A DNA stretch of 64,000 nucleotides from a bacterium. GTDB taxonomy: Bacteria > Electryoneota > Electryoneia > Electryoneales > Electryoneaceae. The first letter of the stretch is position 1. The number at the start of each line of letters is the position of its first letter. Positions 19,336 to 29,783 of the stretch are shown piece by piece. Location of the stretch: assembly GCA_963675295.2 (NCBI GenBank), contig CAXXKJ010000002.1, positions 896,001 to 960,000 on the forward strand, read 5' to 3'. A model generated the notes under the pieces. The model made no database searches and was not told the DNA's origin. It saw only the letters and a list, made by a program, of their open reading frames with translations. Position numbers and translations under genes: made by a program.

Positions 19336-20460
19336 CTACAGGTCGTCGCGGATGATGTAGTAGTCGCCGGTGCCCGTAGAACCGAGCAGTTGCATCCGGC
19401 CATCGTCCATCAGGATCATTTCGTGGAAATCATTGATACTTTCAGAACTGCCGTACTCTCGTTCCGCGATAAGTTCACGTTCCAGATCAAACTGCAGCTG
19501 CACAAGATGGGAATCCCAGTCCCCGTCCGTGTCATTGATACCCATGGTCACCAGCGTACCATCGTCAGCCACAGCGACGGCCCTGCCTTGGGACGATGAG
19601 GAATGCACGTGCAGGTGTGACCACTTCTCGCCGCCGTTTGGAAGGAATTCGATAATCGCCATTTGGTCGGTCTCTTGATCAATCACCGTTCCGACAATCA
19701 CGTACGTGTCGATTCGTGTGGCAGCCATCGAGATGTCGTCGCCGACAAAATCGGGGACTAAGAAGAGGATGATGGATTCGTTGTTAAGCCCGGCCTGGTC
19801 ATAGAACTGCAGGGTAAGCACGGGTCCGATCCCGATTTCATACTTGAAGACAGCCAGCACGACACGATTAATCGAATCTGTTGTAATGGCGAACATCGAG
19901 CGTTCGGCCGGTTCGGTAACCTGCCACAGCACCGTCGAATCCAGCGACACGGCCGTCAGGTGAACGCTCTGGTCGGTGCTTTCGTAGCTGGCGAGGATGA
20001 ATGCGCCATCGTCACGGATCAAACCACGGTCGGCGGTTGTTTCGACCGACCACGTTCTGTTCCCGCCGCACATCATCGTCGCTTGACCGTCCTCGGTAAT
20101 CACAAGCACGTCTGACAAGGAAACAGGGATCACTTCCGTCACAACGGCAGTGAATTCCCAACTCTTCAGGTACTTGCCATCCGGGCCGAACCGTCCCACC
20201 CAGCCTTCGCCGCTATCGATGACTTCTCCGCCAACGAAGACATATCCGTCTGATGTGCTGCCCAGATCATGGACCTCGATTCCGACAATTTCGAGGACAA
20301 AGTACCCGTTCAGCGCGTGTTCATACTCCTGAATGCCGGTTGGGACAGACGATTCCTCGCACCCGGGCAGGAGGATGAGCAGTATCAACCCTACCAGCGC
20401 CGCCGGGATCAGGCTGCGGTTTGGGTTGAGCGAGCGACGTTGCCGGGGGGTGGCGTTCAT
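19336..20460 (-). CDS. Lipoprotein, predicted beta-propeller
   Basis: Lipobox LLPGC; G...W blade repeats. Confidence 0.55.
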   Translation of the reverse strand: MNATPRQRRSLNPNRSLIPAALVGLILLILLPGCEESSVPTGIQEYEHALNGYFVLEIVGIEVHDLGSTSDGYVFVGGEVIDSGEGWVGRFGPDGKYLKSWEFTAVVTEVIPVSLSDVLVITEDGQATMMCGGNRTWSVETTADRGLIRDDGAFILASYESTDQSVHLTAVSLDSTVLWQVTEPAERSMFAITTDSINRVVLAVFKYEIGIGPVLTLQFYDQAGLNNESIILFLVPDFVGDDISMAATRIDTYVIVGTVIDQETDQMAIIEFLPNGGEKWSHLHVHSSSSQGRAVAVADDGTLVTMGINDTDGDWDSHLVQLQFDLERELIAEREYGSSESINDFHEMILMDDGRMQLLGSTGTGDYYIIRDDL

Positions 20461-21608
20461 GGGTCCATCTCCTCACGCACGATGACCACCTGCCCATCGG
20501 TCAGGCTGGACGCGGTCATGTAGTAGGCCAGCTGGATCAGGTTGTCGTCGAGCACGGCCACATCCAGCGGTGTGGGAGTCTGGTGCGGGAAGGACTCGCC
20601 GTATGCACGTGTCCACAACACATTACCGGACGCATCGAACCTGAACAGCTTGATCGGATTCGCTTCCGCGACCAGTGTAAGCAGGAAAAGGCCGCCGTCA
20701 TCCCCGGATTCGATCCTCGCCTGCAAGGAGAAAATGCCGGAGAAGACATGGTCCCAAGCGATTGAACCGTCAGCGTTCCACACAACCAACAGTTGTTCAG
20801 GCAGGTTCTGGCCACCAGCTCTCACACTCCGAACAGCAAATCCACCGTTTGTCAGCGCGACGAATTGACGGGCGAGCGTGATGAAACCGGGATCGGTCAA
20901 AGGGATCGTATGCTGCTCAGAACCATCAGCCGAGATGACGCGAATCCCGGTGATGGAATAGGCGTCAGGATCTGGAACGGGATCATTACCCGTCCCGGCC
21001 TGCAGCAACAGTGCGATGTCGCCGTTCGGCATCAGGGCCGCGCCGACAGCGAGTTCGTGCGGCTCGCGCTCGAAGCTGGTCGACCACAGGGTGACACCGA
21101 GCGCGTTGACGGCGGTGACGTGGATCAGTGTGTCCTCGACGCCATCGTGTCCAGCGAAAATGACGCTGCCGTCCGGGCGGGGGAGTGTGGAGGTCGCCGG
21201 GATATCGAGCAGCCAGTCAACGCCGCCTTCGGAATTGTACTTGACCGGCATCGGCGTGCCGGAACCGACGCAGCCATAGTCAACCGTCGCGTGGATATCG
21301 CTTGCGATGAAGTCCTCGCCGTCCGTTTCGAACAGGGTCTGCCCGTATGGCGAGAGCCGAATGACGTTGATGCCGTAATTCTCCGCCGGACTCGCGCCGA
21401 AGAGGGTTGTCCCGAGAATGAAGACATCTCCGCCGGGGGACGTGTCCGCGGTAAAGACCTGCGGATAGTCCAGCGTATCCGAGACGAACACGCCGGCGTC
21501 GGGCAATGGATCGTCGACCGTTCGTACAACATCGCCGTCTTCACATCCGGCCAGCAGGATAAGGGTGGAAAGCATAACGGATAGCAGAATGACAAACCGT
21601 GCGCGCAT
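20457..21608 (-). CDS. Lipoprotein, predicted beta-propeller, paralog of its neighbour
   Basis: Lipobox LLAGC; IHVTAVNALGVTLW resembles VHLTAVSLDSTVLW; stop overlaps the next start. Confidence 0.55.
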   Translation of the reverse strand: MRARFVILLSVMLSTLILLAGCEDGDVVRTVDDPLPDAGVFVSDTLDYPQVFTADTSPGGDVFILGTTLFGASPAENYGINVIRLSPYGQTLFETDGEDFIASDIHATVDYGCVGSGTPMPVKYNSEGGVDWLLDIPATSTLPRPDGSVIFAGHDGVEDTLIHVTAVNALGVTLWSTSFEREPHELAVGAALMPNGDIALLLQAGTGNDPVPDPDAYSITGIRVISADGSEQHTIPLTDPGFITLARQFVALTNGGFAVRSVRAGGQNLPEQLLVVWNADGSIAWDHVFSGIFSLQARIESGDDGGLFLLTLVAEANPIKLFRFDASGNVLWTRAYGESFPHQTPTPLDVAVLDDNLIQLAYYMTASSLTDGQVVIVREEMDP

Positions 21609-21694
21609 GATGCCCCCCAGAATGCGATGATACCCACACATTGATAGCTACAATAACCTACACTCGGGGGTGTGGATGTCGCAAGGAATGGGGA

Positions 21695-22525
21695 TCAATC
21701 GCTTGGCGATTGTTGGGTGACGCTGAGCCGTGTGCGGGAGACCGTAGCTGCGTGGCCGCTGCGGATCAGGCCGGCCTTGGTGTAGCGGAGGAACTTTTCG
21801 TAGCCGGTGGATACGGCGAGCAGAGCGCCGTGCGTGCCGTCGAGGAAGCCGCGTTGCAGCAGGTATTTCTTGACGAAGGCGGCGAGGCCGTGGCGTACGC
21901 CCGGCGCGAGGCCGGCGCGACGGTTCGGGTCGGCGGCGATTTTCTCGGCGGCGAGGGTGCTGTAGAGGTCGATCTTCGCGAGATAACCGGCGAAGGTCGG
22001 GTTGGTGTGATGGTCGAGCGGGTGATAGAGACGGCGCACACCCACGTTGACAGTGATTTTTTCGTGAACGCTGTCGTCGGAAACGCGGAACAGTCCTTGT
22101 TTCATCAGCCGCAGTACCCAGTCACGGTCCCAGCCGCCGTGCCGCATCTCACGGCCAAGGAAGAACGAGCGGCGTGGGAGTTCGTACCCGTCGGCGTCTG
22201 GATTGGCAATGGTGCTGAGGATTTCTTCGGCGAGGGCGGGGGGGATGCGTTCGTCGGCGTCGAGCGACAGCACCCAGTCACCGGTCGCGAGCGCCAGCGC
22301 GTGTCCCTTTGTCAGTCCGAAGCCTTCCCAGTCCAGTTCGACGACCGTTGCGCCGTGTTCGGCGGCCAGTTCCCGCGTGCGGTCGGTGGAGCCGGTGTCC
22401 GCGACGATGCGTTCATCGGCGAACGCGCACGACTCCAGGCACGCGTCGATGTTGAGCGCTTCGTCCTTCGCCATGATGACGATGGACAGGGTTGGGCGGT
22501 TCTTCTTCGAACCGGTTTCGGTCAT
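21695..22525 (-). CDS. GT2 glycosyltransferase (KdtX/LgtF-like)
   Basis: LSIVIMAKDE, DTGSTD and WVLSLDADE motifs. Confidence 0.9.
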   Translation of the reverse strand: MTETGSKKNRPTLSIVIMAKDEALNIDACLESCAFADERIVADTGSTDRTRELAAEHGATVVELDWEGFGLTKGHALALATGDWVLSLDADERIPPALAEEILSTIANPDADGYELPRRSFFLGREMRHGGWDRDWVLRLMKQGLFRVSDDSVHEKITVNVGVRRLYHPLDHHTNPTFAGYLAKIDLYSTLAAEKIAADPNRRAGLAPGVRHGLAAFVKKYLLQRGFLDGTHGALLAVSTGYEKFLRYTKAGLIRSGHAATVSRTRLSVTQQSPSD

Positions 22526-23583
22526 CCGGAACTCCGGGCCAGCATCTCGTTGTACACCGCAAGGTAACGCTTTGCGATCGCCGGTAGGGTGACGTTGTCC
22601 AGTGCCCACTGTCGCGCCTTGTCCGCCATCGAGGCACGTAGCGTGGCGTCATCCAGCAACCGCGACACGTGATCCGCGAGACAGGATGGGTTGCCGTGCT
22701 GACAGGTCAGGCCACGGTCGGCGACGCTGTCCCGCATCCCGCCGGTGAGGGTTGAGACGACCGGCACGTTGTGCACGAACGCGTCGTAAACGCTGCTGTT
22801 CAAGCCCTCGGTCTTGTTTCCGGTAACGAGGAAGACAGTGAACATCGCATACAGGTCCTCGACGCCGTCGATGTGACCGAGCAGCCGCAGCCGGTCCTGC
22901 AACCCGTATTTCTCGATCCCGGCACGGACCTTGTCGCCGAGCTGATCGTTGCCACACTGGACGACAACAAAATCCTGCCGTCGTTTCGCCAGCTCACGCA
23001 CGGTTTCGACCAACAGGCGCGGGTCTTTCTGCGGAACAAGATCGCCCACCCAGCCGATCAGGTTTGTGCCGTGTGGCACACCGGCGGAATCCAGGATGGT
23101 CCGGGCACGGTCCGCGACGAGCTCGCGGGGTTTGACGGCGGACGAGATGATCTCGACGTCGCGCACGCCGAACTCATTCAGCGTATCACGTATCGCGGTG
23201 CTGATGGCGATGGTCCGGTCGGTGGCGTTGTATTTGAGCACCGAACTGAAGCCGTGCGGCTTGAAATTGACCCGGCGGGTGTAGAGGATCGGACGGTTGT
23301 GCAATGGTTTCGCGAGCACGGCGATCGACTGGCCTTTTGCGGACTGGGCGTGGATCAGGTCATAGCCGCGGCCGACGGCGGAGGTAACCCGGACGGCGTC
23401 AGCGGTGTTGCGTGCCGCGTGGACGGTAACCGGCAGATCGCGCACGGCATTGTGCAGCGGGAAGTTGTCACGGCAGACCAGGCCGACCTCGACGCCGGCG
23501 TCGAGCAGGCCCTCGATGGTGTAGACCGTTTGACGTTCGCCTCCGCGCCAGGTCTTCTCGGTGTTGATCTGCAGGATCCGCAT
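22522..23583 (-). CDS. GT4 glycosyltransferase
   Basis: TWRGGERQ, IHAQS, TRRV and EGL motifs. Confidence 0.85.
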   Translation of the reverse strand: MRILQINTEKTWRGGERQTVYTIEGLLDAGVEVGLVCRDNFPLHNAVRDLPVTVHAARNTADAVRVTSAVGRGYDLIHAQSAKGQSIAVLAKPLHNRPILYTRRVNFKPHGFSSVLKYNATDRTIAISTAIRDTLNEFGVRDVEIISSAVKPRELVADRARTILDSAGVPHGTNLIGWVGDLVPQKDPRLLVETVRELAKRRQDFVVVQCGNDQLGDKVRAGIEKYGLQDRLRLLGHIDGVEDLYAMFTVFLVTGNKTEGLNSSVYDAFVHNVPVVSTLTGGMRDSVADRGLTCQHGNPSCLADHVSRLLDDATLRASMADKARQWALDNVTLPAIAKRYLAVYNEMLARSSG

Positions 23584-23666
23584 CCGTTCCCGGGTGCTGG
23601 TTGACGTTGTACATTGGCGGCAAGATACGCATTTCCCCGGGATGCTACCGACTCTGGAGGGGCGAC

Positions 23667-24362
23667 GTGAACGAAATCGATGTCAAGCACCTGCGCGGCG
23701 AACTGATCGAAGTTGGCAAACGGCTGGATCAACGCACGCTGATCTCCGGCACGGAAGGCAACGTTTCGGTACGGTTGGGCGAGGACTCGATCCTGATCAC
23801 CCAGTCCGGCACGATGCTCGGCAGGCTGGTACAGAAGGATTTCGTGCGCGTCGGGTTGAGTTCGGGCGAGCTGCTGGACAAAGACGGCAAACCGACCTCG
23901 GAGCTGGGCGCACACCTGAGTACGTATCGCGCGGACCCGAAGATTCAGGCGATTGTACACGCACACCCGCGGTCGTGCGTCGCGTTGACGTTGCGCGGCT
24001 GGACGCTGGAAGGGATTCCGCTGCCGGAGGCGGCGTACGCGATCGGGAGTGTGCCGACGTGCGCGTTCGCGGTGCCGGGCTCGGACGAAGGCGGGGAGGT
24101 GATGGCTGAATGGGCGGCACAACGGGATGTGCTGGTGTTCGACCGGCACGGCGCGTTCACGTTCGGCCGGACACCGTTCGAGGCGTTGGCGCGGATGGAG
24201 ATGCTGGACGCGGTCGCGCAGTCGGTGCTGCTCGCGGGTGGGCCGGATACTATCAAACCGATGACGCCGGAACAGGTGGATCGGGTTGTCGCGAATGCGT
24301 TGAAGGGTGGTGTGCGTGAGGATTCGCTTCGTGCCTGGGCGGATGCGGTGAAGGGGCGGTGA
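23667..24362 (+). CDS. Class II aldolase/adducin family (fuculose-phosphate aldolase-like)
   Basis: GNVSVR, PTSE...H, VHAHP and RHG zinc-site motifs; GTG start after GGAGG. Confidence 0.85.
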   Translation: MNEIDVKHLRGELIEVGKRLDQRTLISGTEGNVSVRLGEDSILITQSGTMLGRLVQKDFVRVGLSSGELLDKDGKPTSELGAHLSTYRADPKIQAIVHAHPRSCVALTLRGWTLEGIPLPEAAYAIGSVPTCAFAVPGSDEGGEVMAEWAAQRDVLVFDRHGAFTFGRTPFEALARMEMLDAVAQSVLLAGGPDTIKPMTPEQVDRVVANALKGGVREDSLRAWADAVKGR

Positions 24363-24370
24363 ACAGAAAA

Positions 24371-24480
24371 CCCGCGTTGTCCGAAGCCAACACGGGCAAG
24401 AATCACTGTTTTACCGACCACCGATTACCGACTTACCGACTACCGGCCATTGTTTTACCGACCACCGATCACCGACAACC
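24371..24480. repeat. Repeated hairpin followed by a degenerate (TTACCGA)n heptamer array
   Basis: Reverse complement of the TCGGTAA unit at 10459; hairpin has a T-tract on the minus strand. Confidence 0.75.
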
Positions 24481-24484
24481 TCCC

Positions 24485-25357
24485 TCATTCCCCTTCGAGC
24501 AACTGATGGAACAGGCTGCCGCGTTTGAACAGGAACAGGCCGTGTTCGTAGTCCTGGAACAGTTCTTCGGCGAGGAAGCCGTGTTGCGAGGCCCATTGGC
24601 GGACAAACTGGTTCCACGCCGGCCGTTCGGCATCGTCGATCAGGATCACGGTGTCGTCGTGGAACTTGTCCGCGAGCACTGTCAGCCCAGCCCGGCGTTG
24701 CAGGTTATCATCGTAGTCGGGGGGACCGTCCACGAGCAGCACGTCAATCTTCTCCAAATCCTCGAACTTGGCCGGGTCGTACCAGTGCAACGTGCGGCCG
24801 TCCTGCTGGAAGCTGGTCAGCGGTGCATGGCGGATTTCCGCCCAGGTTTCCATCCCGTGCAGCGCCATGTCGTTGGCGGTGCGACGCGCCCATTTCTGTT
24901 CGTGATCGTAGGCGTACACCTTGCCGGACCCGTTTTTCTGCAGCTGCAGAGAGGCGAGCAGGGTGGAGACGCCGCTGCCGAGCTCGACCACGACTTCCGG
25001 TTTCGTCTGACGCAGCAGCTTGACATAATGCAGCGCGGTCAACGGCTGCAATGCGGCGTCGCCTAGCAGCGGAAGTGAGTGTTCCGGCTTCAGCTCGTGA
25101 TACAGGCCGAGAATGCCCTGCATCTGCCGCTGGTTCGAGATGCTGCGTCGATTGAGCATCACGATGCGCATGAAGGTTTCGGCGAGCAATGTGCCGAGCG
25201 CGAACAGCGCGGCGGCGAAACCGAGCAGCGTGCCGGAGGTCAACCGGCGGCGGTTGACGATGTTCATGAACAGCCACCAGGCGCCGGCGAGGCCGCCCAA
25301 CGCGCCGATCGCCCACTGCGGCAGGATCGCTTGCCGGGTGTGTGATTTCAGGTCCAT
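24485..25357 (-). CDS. Membrane-anchored class I SAM methyltransferase (Methyltransf_24-like)
   Basis: Two N-terminal TM helices; VVELGSGVST, LLVDGPP and ILIDD motifs. Confidence 0.8.
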   Translation of the reverse strand: MDLKSHTRQAILPQWAIGALGGLAGAWWLFMNIVNRRRLTSGTLLGFAAALFALGTLLAETFMRIVMLNRRSISNQRQMQGILGLYHELKPEHSLPLLGDAALQPLTALHYVKLLRQTKPEVVVELGSGVSTLLASLQLQKNGSGKVYAYDHEQKWARRTANDMALHGMETWAEIRHAPLTSFQQDGRTLHWYDPAKFEDLEKIDVLLVDGPPDYDDNLQRRAGLTVLADKFHDDTVILIDDAERPAWNQFVRQWASQHGFLAEELFQDYEHGLFLFKRGSLFHQLLEGE

Positions 25358-25469
25358 ACCATGTCTCAGGGTTCAGTTGTTGTGAAGTGGCGGAAGATAA
25401 TACGCTCAGTCGTGCGAGTTCGCCGTTGAGAGGCGGAAGTGTGCCGCTCGCGAACGCATGATTTCAGAA

Positions 25470-26357
25470 TCAGTCGTTCTGGTAGGAGGGCAGAACTCCG
25501 GCGGGCAGGCCGTCCCGTTGCGCGGCGAGGACGCTGTCCTTGCGATACAGGATCAGCGACCGTTTTTCGTTGAGGAACGGTTCCTCGATGACGAAATCGT
25601 GTTCCATCGCCCAGCCCTGCACCCAGTTGCGCCAGCGGGGACGGTTGCCGTCGTCTACGATGATCACGGAATCGTGCGTGAAACGGTTGGCGAAATGCGC
25701 CAGTCCCGGGCGGCGGTTACCGCGGTCGCCAAGATCACGGGGCCCGTCCACCAGCAGGATATCGATACGGTCGAGGTCGTTGGACATGCGGGTATCATAC
25801 CACTGCACCGTGTCGCCTTCGATGTCGTACGATTTCAATGGCGCGTGCCGCACCTCGGCGATGCCGGCGGCCTGATGCTCGAGCAGATCGTCCCGGGTTT
25901 TCGCAGCCCAGTTTTCGTCATCCTCGAGCGCGATCACCCGTCCGGTGCCGTTTTCCTTCAGTTGCAATGCGGCGAGAACGGTGGACACCCCGCCACCGAG
26001 TTCAACGACCACTGAGGGACGCAGTTGCCGGATCAGTTTGACGTATTCCAGCGCAGTGTCGGCGCTGAGTGCGGCGGTACGCAGCATCGGGATCGGGGCG
26101 GTGGGTTTCAGCGATGCGTACAGTCCGAGCAGGGCCTGGAGCTGGCGCTCGTCGTGGATGGTGCGTCGGCGCAGGTCGATCACCCGCAGCAGCAGTTCGA
26201 GCATCAGCAGCGCACCGATGAAGAAGATCAACGCCTCCGCGATCAGCCGGCCGGCATCCCCGAGCAGTTCGGTGAGCACGACGGCGAACGCCCACCACGC
26301 GGCCATCAGGCCGATCAGGATGAGCACGAGCAAGGTGTTGATGAATGGTCTCTTCAT
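25470..26357 (-). CDS. Membrane-anchored class I SAM methyltransferase, tandem paralog
   Basis: Two N-terminal TM helices; VVELGGGVST, LLVDGP and IIVDD motifs. Confidence 0.8.
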   Translation of the reverse strand: MKRPFINTLLVLILIGLMAAWWAFAVVLTELLGDAGRLIAEALIFFIGALLMLELLLRVIDLRRRTIHDERQLQALLGLYASLKPTAPIPMLRTAALSADTALEYVKLIRQLRPSVVVELGGGVSTVLAALQLKENGTGRVIALEDDENWAAKTRDDLLEHQAAGIAEVRHAPLKSYDIEGDTVQWYDTRMSNDLDRIDILLVDGPRDLGDRGNRRPGLAHFANRFTHDSVIIVDDGNRPRWRNWVQGWAMEHDFVIEEPFLNEKRSLILYRKDSVLAAQRDGLPAGVLPSYQND

Positions 26358-26588
26358 GCCACACGCACGGCTGAGGGGGACGTGAAACAGTAACGGCGAA
26401 CTCATGGAAAGGTAACATCTGGCGGACACCCGGCAAGGGGGAGGCGGGCCCGAGTGGGGAGAGCGAAACAGTTCTTATCGCTCTCAAGGCTTGGTGTTTC
26501 GGGGAGTGGGGCAGTACCTTCCCAAATTCGATTGATGGGCGCAACCCGCGTATGGGCAAGGGAAACAAGCGAAACAGGCAGGGCACCT

Positions 26589-28301
26589 ATGGCTGCTAAA
26601 CAGAAGATGACTCCGTTCCCACCGACGTTTTTCGTGGCGAACGTGATGGAGATTTTTGAGCGGATGGCGTGGTATGGGTTCTTCGCCGTCAGCTCGCTGT
26701 ACTTGACCAGCCCGGTGGCGCAAGGCGGGTTGGGGTTTACCAGCACTGAGCGCGGTATCCTGCAGGGCATTATTCCCTTCCTGTTGTACCTGTTCCCGGT
26801 GATCACCGGCGCGTTGGCGGACCGCTACGGATATCGAAACACCTTCCTGGTTGCGTTCGCGATCATGACCCCGGCGTATTGGCTGCTCGGTCAGGTGAGC
26901 GGTTTCTGGAGCTTCTTCGGCGTCTTCCTTCTGGTGGCAATTGGTGCGGCAACCTTCAAGCCGGTTGTGGTGGGTACGGTCGGCCGGTTGACGGACGACA
27001 CCAACCGTGGTATGGGCTTCGGCATTTTCTACACCATTGTCAACGTCGGCGGGTTCGTCGGGCCGCTAGTGGCCGGCTATGTCCGGGCGATCAGCTGGGA
27101 TCTGGTGTTTGTGATGTCTGCCATCTGGATCGGCCTGAACTTTATTCCGACGCTGTTCTTCTACAAAGAACCGCCTGGTGGCGATACCGAGAACAAGAAG
27201 AGCATCAAGCAGGTATTGCTTGGGGCGCAGGAAGTTCTGGGTAACGGTCGTTTCGCGTTGCTCGTGGTGCCGATCATCATCTCGATGATGGTATCCGGCG
27301 GTGGCTGGATGAGCTGGAACTATACGCTCATCGGCAGCGCGGTCTGGATCATCCTCAACCTGCTGTGGAACGCGGGTGTGAAGAACAGCGGGGACAATGC
27401 CCCGTGGTTCCGTCAGAAGGCGCAGATCGGCAACTGGCCATTCGTGGTCTACCTGCTGATCCTCGCCGGATTCTGGGCGTCCTTCAACCAGATCTTCATC
27501 ACCTTGCCGGAATACATCCGCGACTTTGTCGACACCGGTCATCTGGTGAACATGATGGCAGTGTTCGGTCAGGGCACGGTGGACTTCCTTGCCAGTGTAA
27601 ACATCGAACAGCTGTCGACTGAGATTCAGCGTCTCGCTGCTGAATATTCGCATATCGGCAATGACGGCCAGGCGCAGCAGCTGCTGTTCGAGCTGGTGCA
27701 CTACAAGGTGCGTGTGCCGCTGGAAGAGATCACGACGACGTTCAATACCTTCGCGGGCACGGTGGACGCGTCCACCGCCACGGCGTTGGCCAACGAATGG
27801 GCCGGAAAGTACAGGCAGATTAACCCCGAGTACCTGGTTAACCTGGACGCTCTGTCCATCGTGATCTTCCAGATTCTGGTCAGCTTTGTGATCCAGCGCT
27901 GGAAGCCATTCCCGGTGTTGATCGTGGGTACGATCGTCGCGGGTACGGGTATCGCATTGAACAGCATCGCGGTAACTGGTGTGCTGGTGGTGTTTGCGAT
28001 TGTGGTGTTCGCGTTCGGTGAAATGATCGCGTCGCCGAAGAGCCAGGAGTATGTGGCGAAGATCGCACCGCCCGGAAAGACAGCGCTGTTCATGGGGTAT
28101 TACTTCGTGTCGGTGGCGTTGGGCAACCTGTTCGGCGGCATCCTGTCGGGTCAGGGCTACGACGTGATCGCGAAGGAACACATGAACCCGTCCCTGATGT
28201 GGATCATCTTTGGTGGTGTCGGCTTCCTGACTGCAATCGCGTTGATGGTCTTCAACAAAGCTGTTGTCCCGACACTGGAGAAGCAGGAACAGACGAGCTG
28301 A
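26589..28301 (+). CDS. MFS transporter, POT/PTR-like
   Basis: EIFERMAWYG (ExxER) motif, GALADRYG, FKP, GEMIASP. Confidence 0.85.
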   Translation: MAAKQKMTPFPPTFFVANVMEIFERMAWYGFFAVSSLYLTSPVAQGGLGFTSTERGILQGIIPFLLYLFPVITGALADRYGYRNTFLVAFAIMTPAYWLLGQVSGFWSFFGVFLLVAIGAATFKPVVVGTVGRLTDDTNRGMGFGIFYTIVNVGGFVGPLVAGYVRAISWDLVFVMSAIWIGLNFIPTLFFYKEPPGGDTENKKSIKQVLLGAQEVLGNGRFALLVVPIIISMMVSGGGWMSWNYTLIGSAVWIILNLLWNAGVKNSGDNAPWFRQKAQIGNWPFVVYLLILAGFWASFNQIFITLPEYIRDFVDTGHLVNMMAVFGQGTVDFLASVNIEQLSTEIQRLAAEYSHIGNDGQAQQLLFELVHYKVRVPLEEITTTFNTFAGTVDASTATALANEWAGKYRQINPEYLVNLDALSIVIFQILVSFVIQRWKPFPVLIVGTIVAGTGIALNSIAVTGVLVVFAIVVFAFGEMIASPKSQEYVAKIAPPGKTALFMGYYFVSVALGNLFGGILSGQGYDVIAKEHMNPSLMWIIFGGVGFLTAIALMVFNKAVVPTLEKQEQTS

Positions 28302-28802
28302 CCAGGTCTGGCTTGAGAGTCAATACACGGCCGGTGGTGATGGGTTGCAAAGTCCATCCCACGGGCCGTTTTATCCTCCATGCGGGATGGATGCAAGTGA
28401 TCGTTGGCGGGCGGTCAACTACGCGAAGGTGTATGAGTATGCGGTGGTGGACTGTTTCATTTCAACGATGAACTGAGTCGCTGGTGCAGGAGTTGGCGGT
28501 TGTTCCCGTTACGCCGGTCACCGCGGCAGGATTACTGCCGTGTTGTGGACTATGATGCCTGCAATTTCCAGCATAGCAACAGTTTTTTTACCAGAGAAGG
28601 AGATTATGTGCTGTAGCCTGTAGAGAGGCAATGGGAGTCATCTCGCTGTGGTTTCGTTCAAATTGGAGTTGTAGGTTATACGATCTTAATGGATTACGGA
28701 TTGTAAGTGATGTATTTGGTTTTTTCTGGCATGTGATCGTGCGCACAGCGTTTCGTGTATTGGGGTGGTATCCTGAGACACGATTTGGCTCAGGGAAGCA
28801 TC

Positions 28803-29755
28803 ATGAAGGTGAAATTCTGGGAGTGCGAGGGAGCATTCCGACACCGCTCAGTCCTCACGAAGTGGAGCAGAAGGTGATCTCCATGGCGGAGGACGTGGTG
28901 CGTGCCGGAATCACCGACCCGAATGAAGTCGCGGGTTACCTTCGCCGCAACTACAGCATGCTGCAGCGTGCGACGGTGGGTGGCAACACCACCTGCGTCA
29001 GCGTCGAATGGCCGGACACGACGGTCATTCTGGACGCCGGCAGCGGGATCCGTCTGCTCGGCGAATCGCTGATGGACGGAGCATGCGGCAATGGCGGCGC
29101 GGAGTTGCATCTCCTGTTTTCACACACCCACTGGGACCACATCCAGGGCCTGCCCTTCTTCGGACCGTTGTTCCAACGCAATCTGCTCAACATTTACGGC
29201 TGCCATCCGAACCTCGAACAACGGCTGCGCTACCAGCAGAGCTTTGACTATTTCCCCGTTTCGCTTGATGCGTTTGTCGCCGACCTCAAGTTCCACCAAT
29301 GCGTTCCGGATACGCCGGTCGACCTGCCCGGTGGGGGACGTTTCATTCCGCACAAACTGGACCACCCGGGCGACTGCTTTGGCTACCGGATCGAAAAAGG
29401 TGGCAAGTCGGTGGTGTTTGCGACCGACAGCGAGCACAAGCCGAAGAACCGCGACAATCATCATGACGTGATCGAGTTCTTCCAGGACGCCGACCTGGTC
29501 ATCTTCGACAGCCAGTACACGCTGGAAGAGAGCATCATCAAGGAAGACTGGGGGCATTCATCTGCGATTGTCGGGGTGGACCTGTGCGCCAGGGCGAATG
29601 TGAAGAAGCTTGCGCTGTTCCACCACGAACCGTCCTACCCGGACGCCTTCATCCACAACCTGCTTTTAAAGGCGCAGACCTACCGTCAGGTGAACTATAA
29701 CGGCATCCCGCTGGAGCTGTTCATCGCGACGGAAGGCGATGCGATCTCGTTGTAG
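28803..29755 (+). pseudogene. MBL-fold metallo-hydrolase with a one-base frameshift near 28819-28821 (pseudogene or assembly indel)
   Basis: MKVKFW in one frame and GVRGSIPTP...GGNTTC...HTHWDH in the -1 frame. Confidence 0.7.
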
Positions 29756-29783
29756 TCAGAGTACAACTGAACGCAAAACAAAG

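Noticed and set aside
24359-25066. 235-aa plus-strand ORF after the aldolase
   Set aside because: It translates the heptamer repeats and the antisense strand of the methyltransferase.
28631-28802. N-terminal extension of the MBL ORF as called in the ORF track
   Set aside because: Looks non-coding; the family N-terminus starts at 28803 in another frame.
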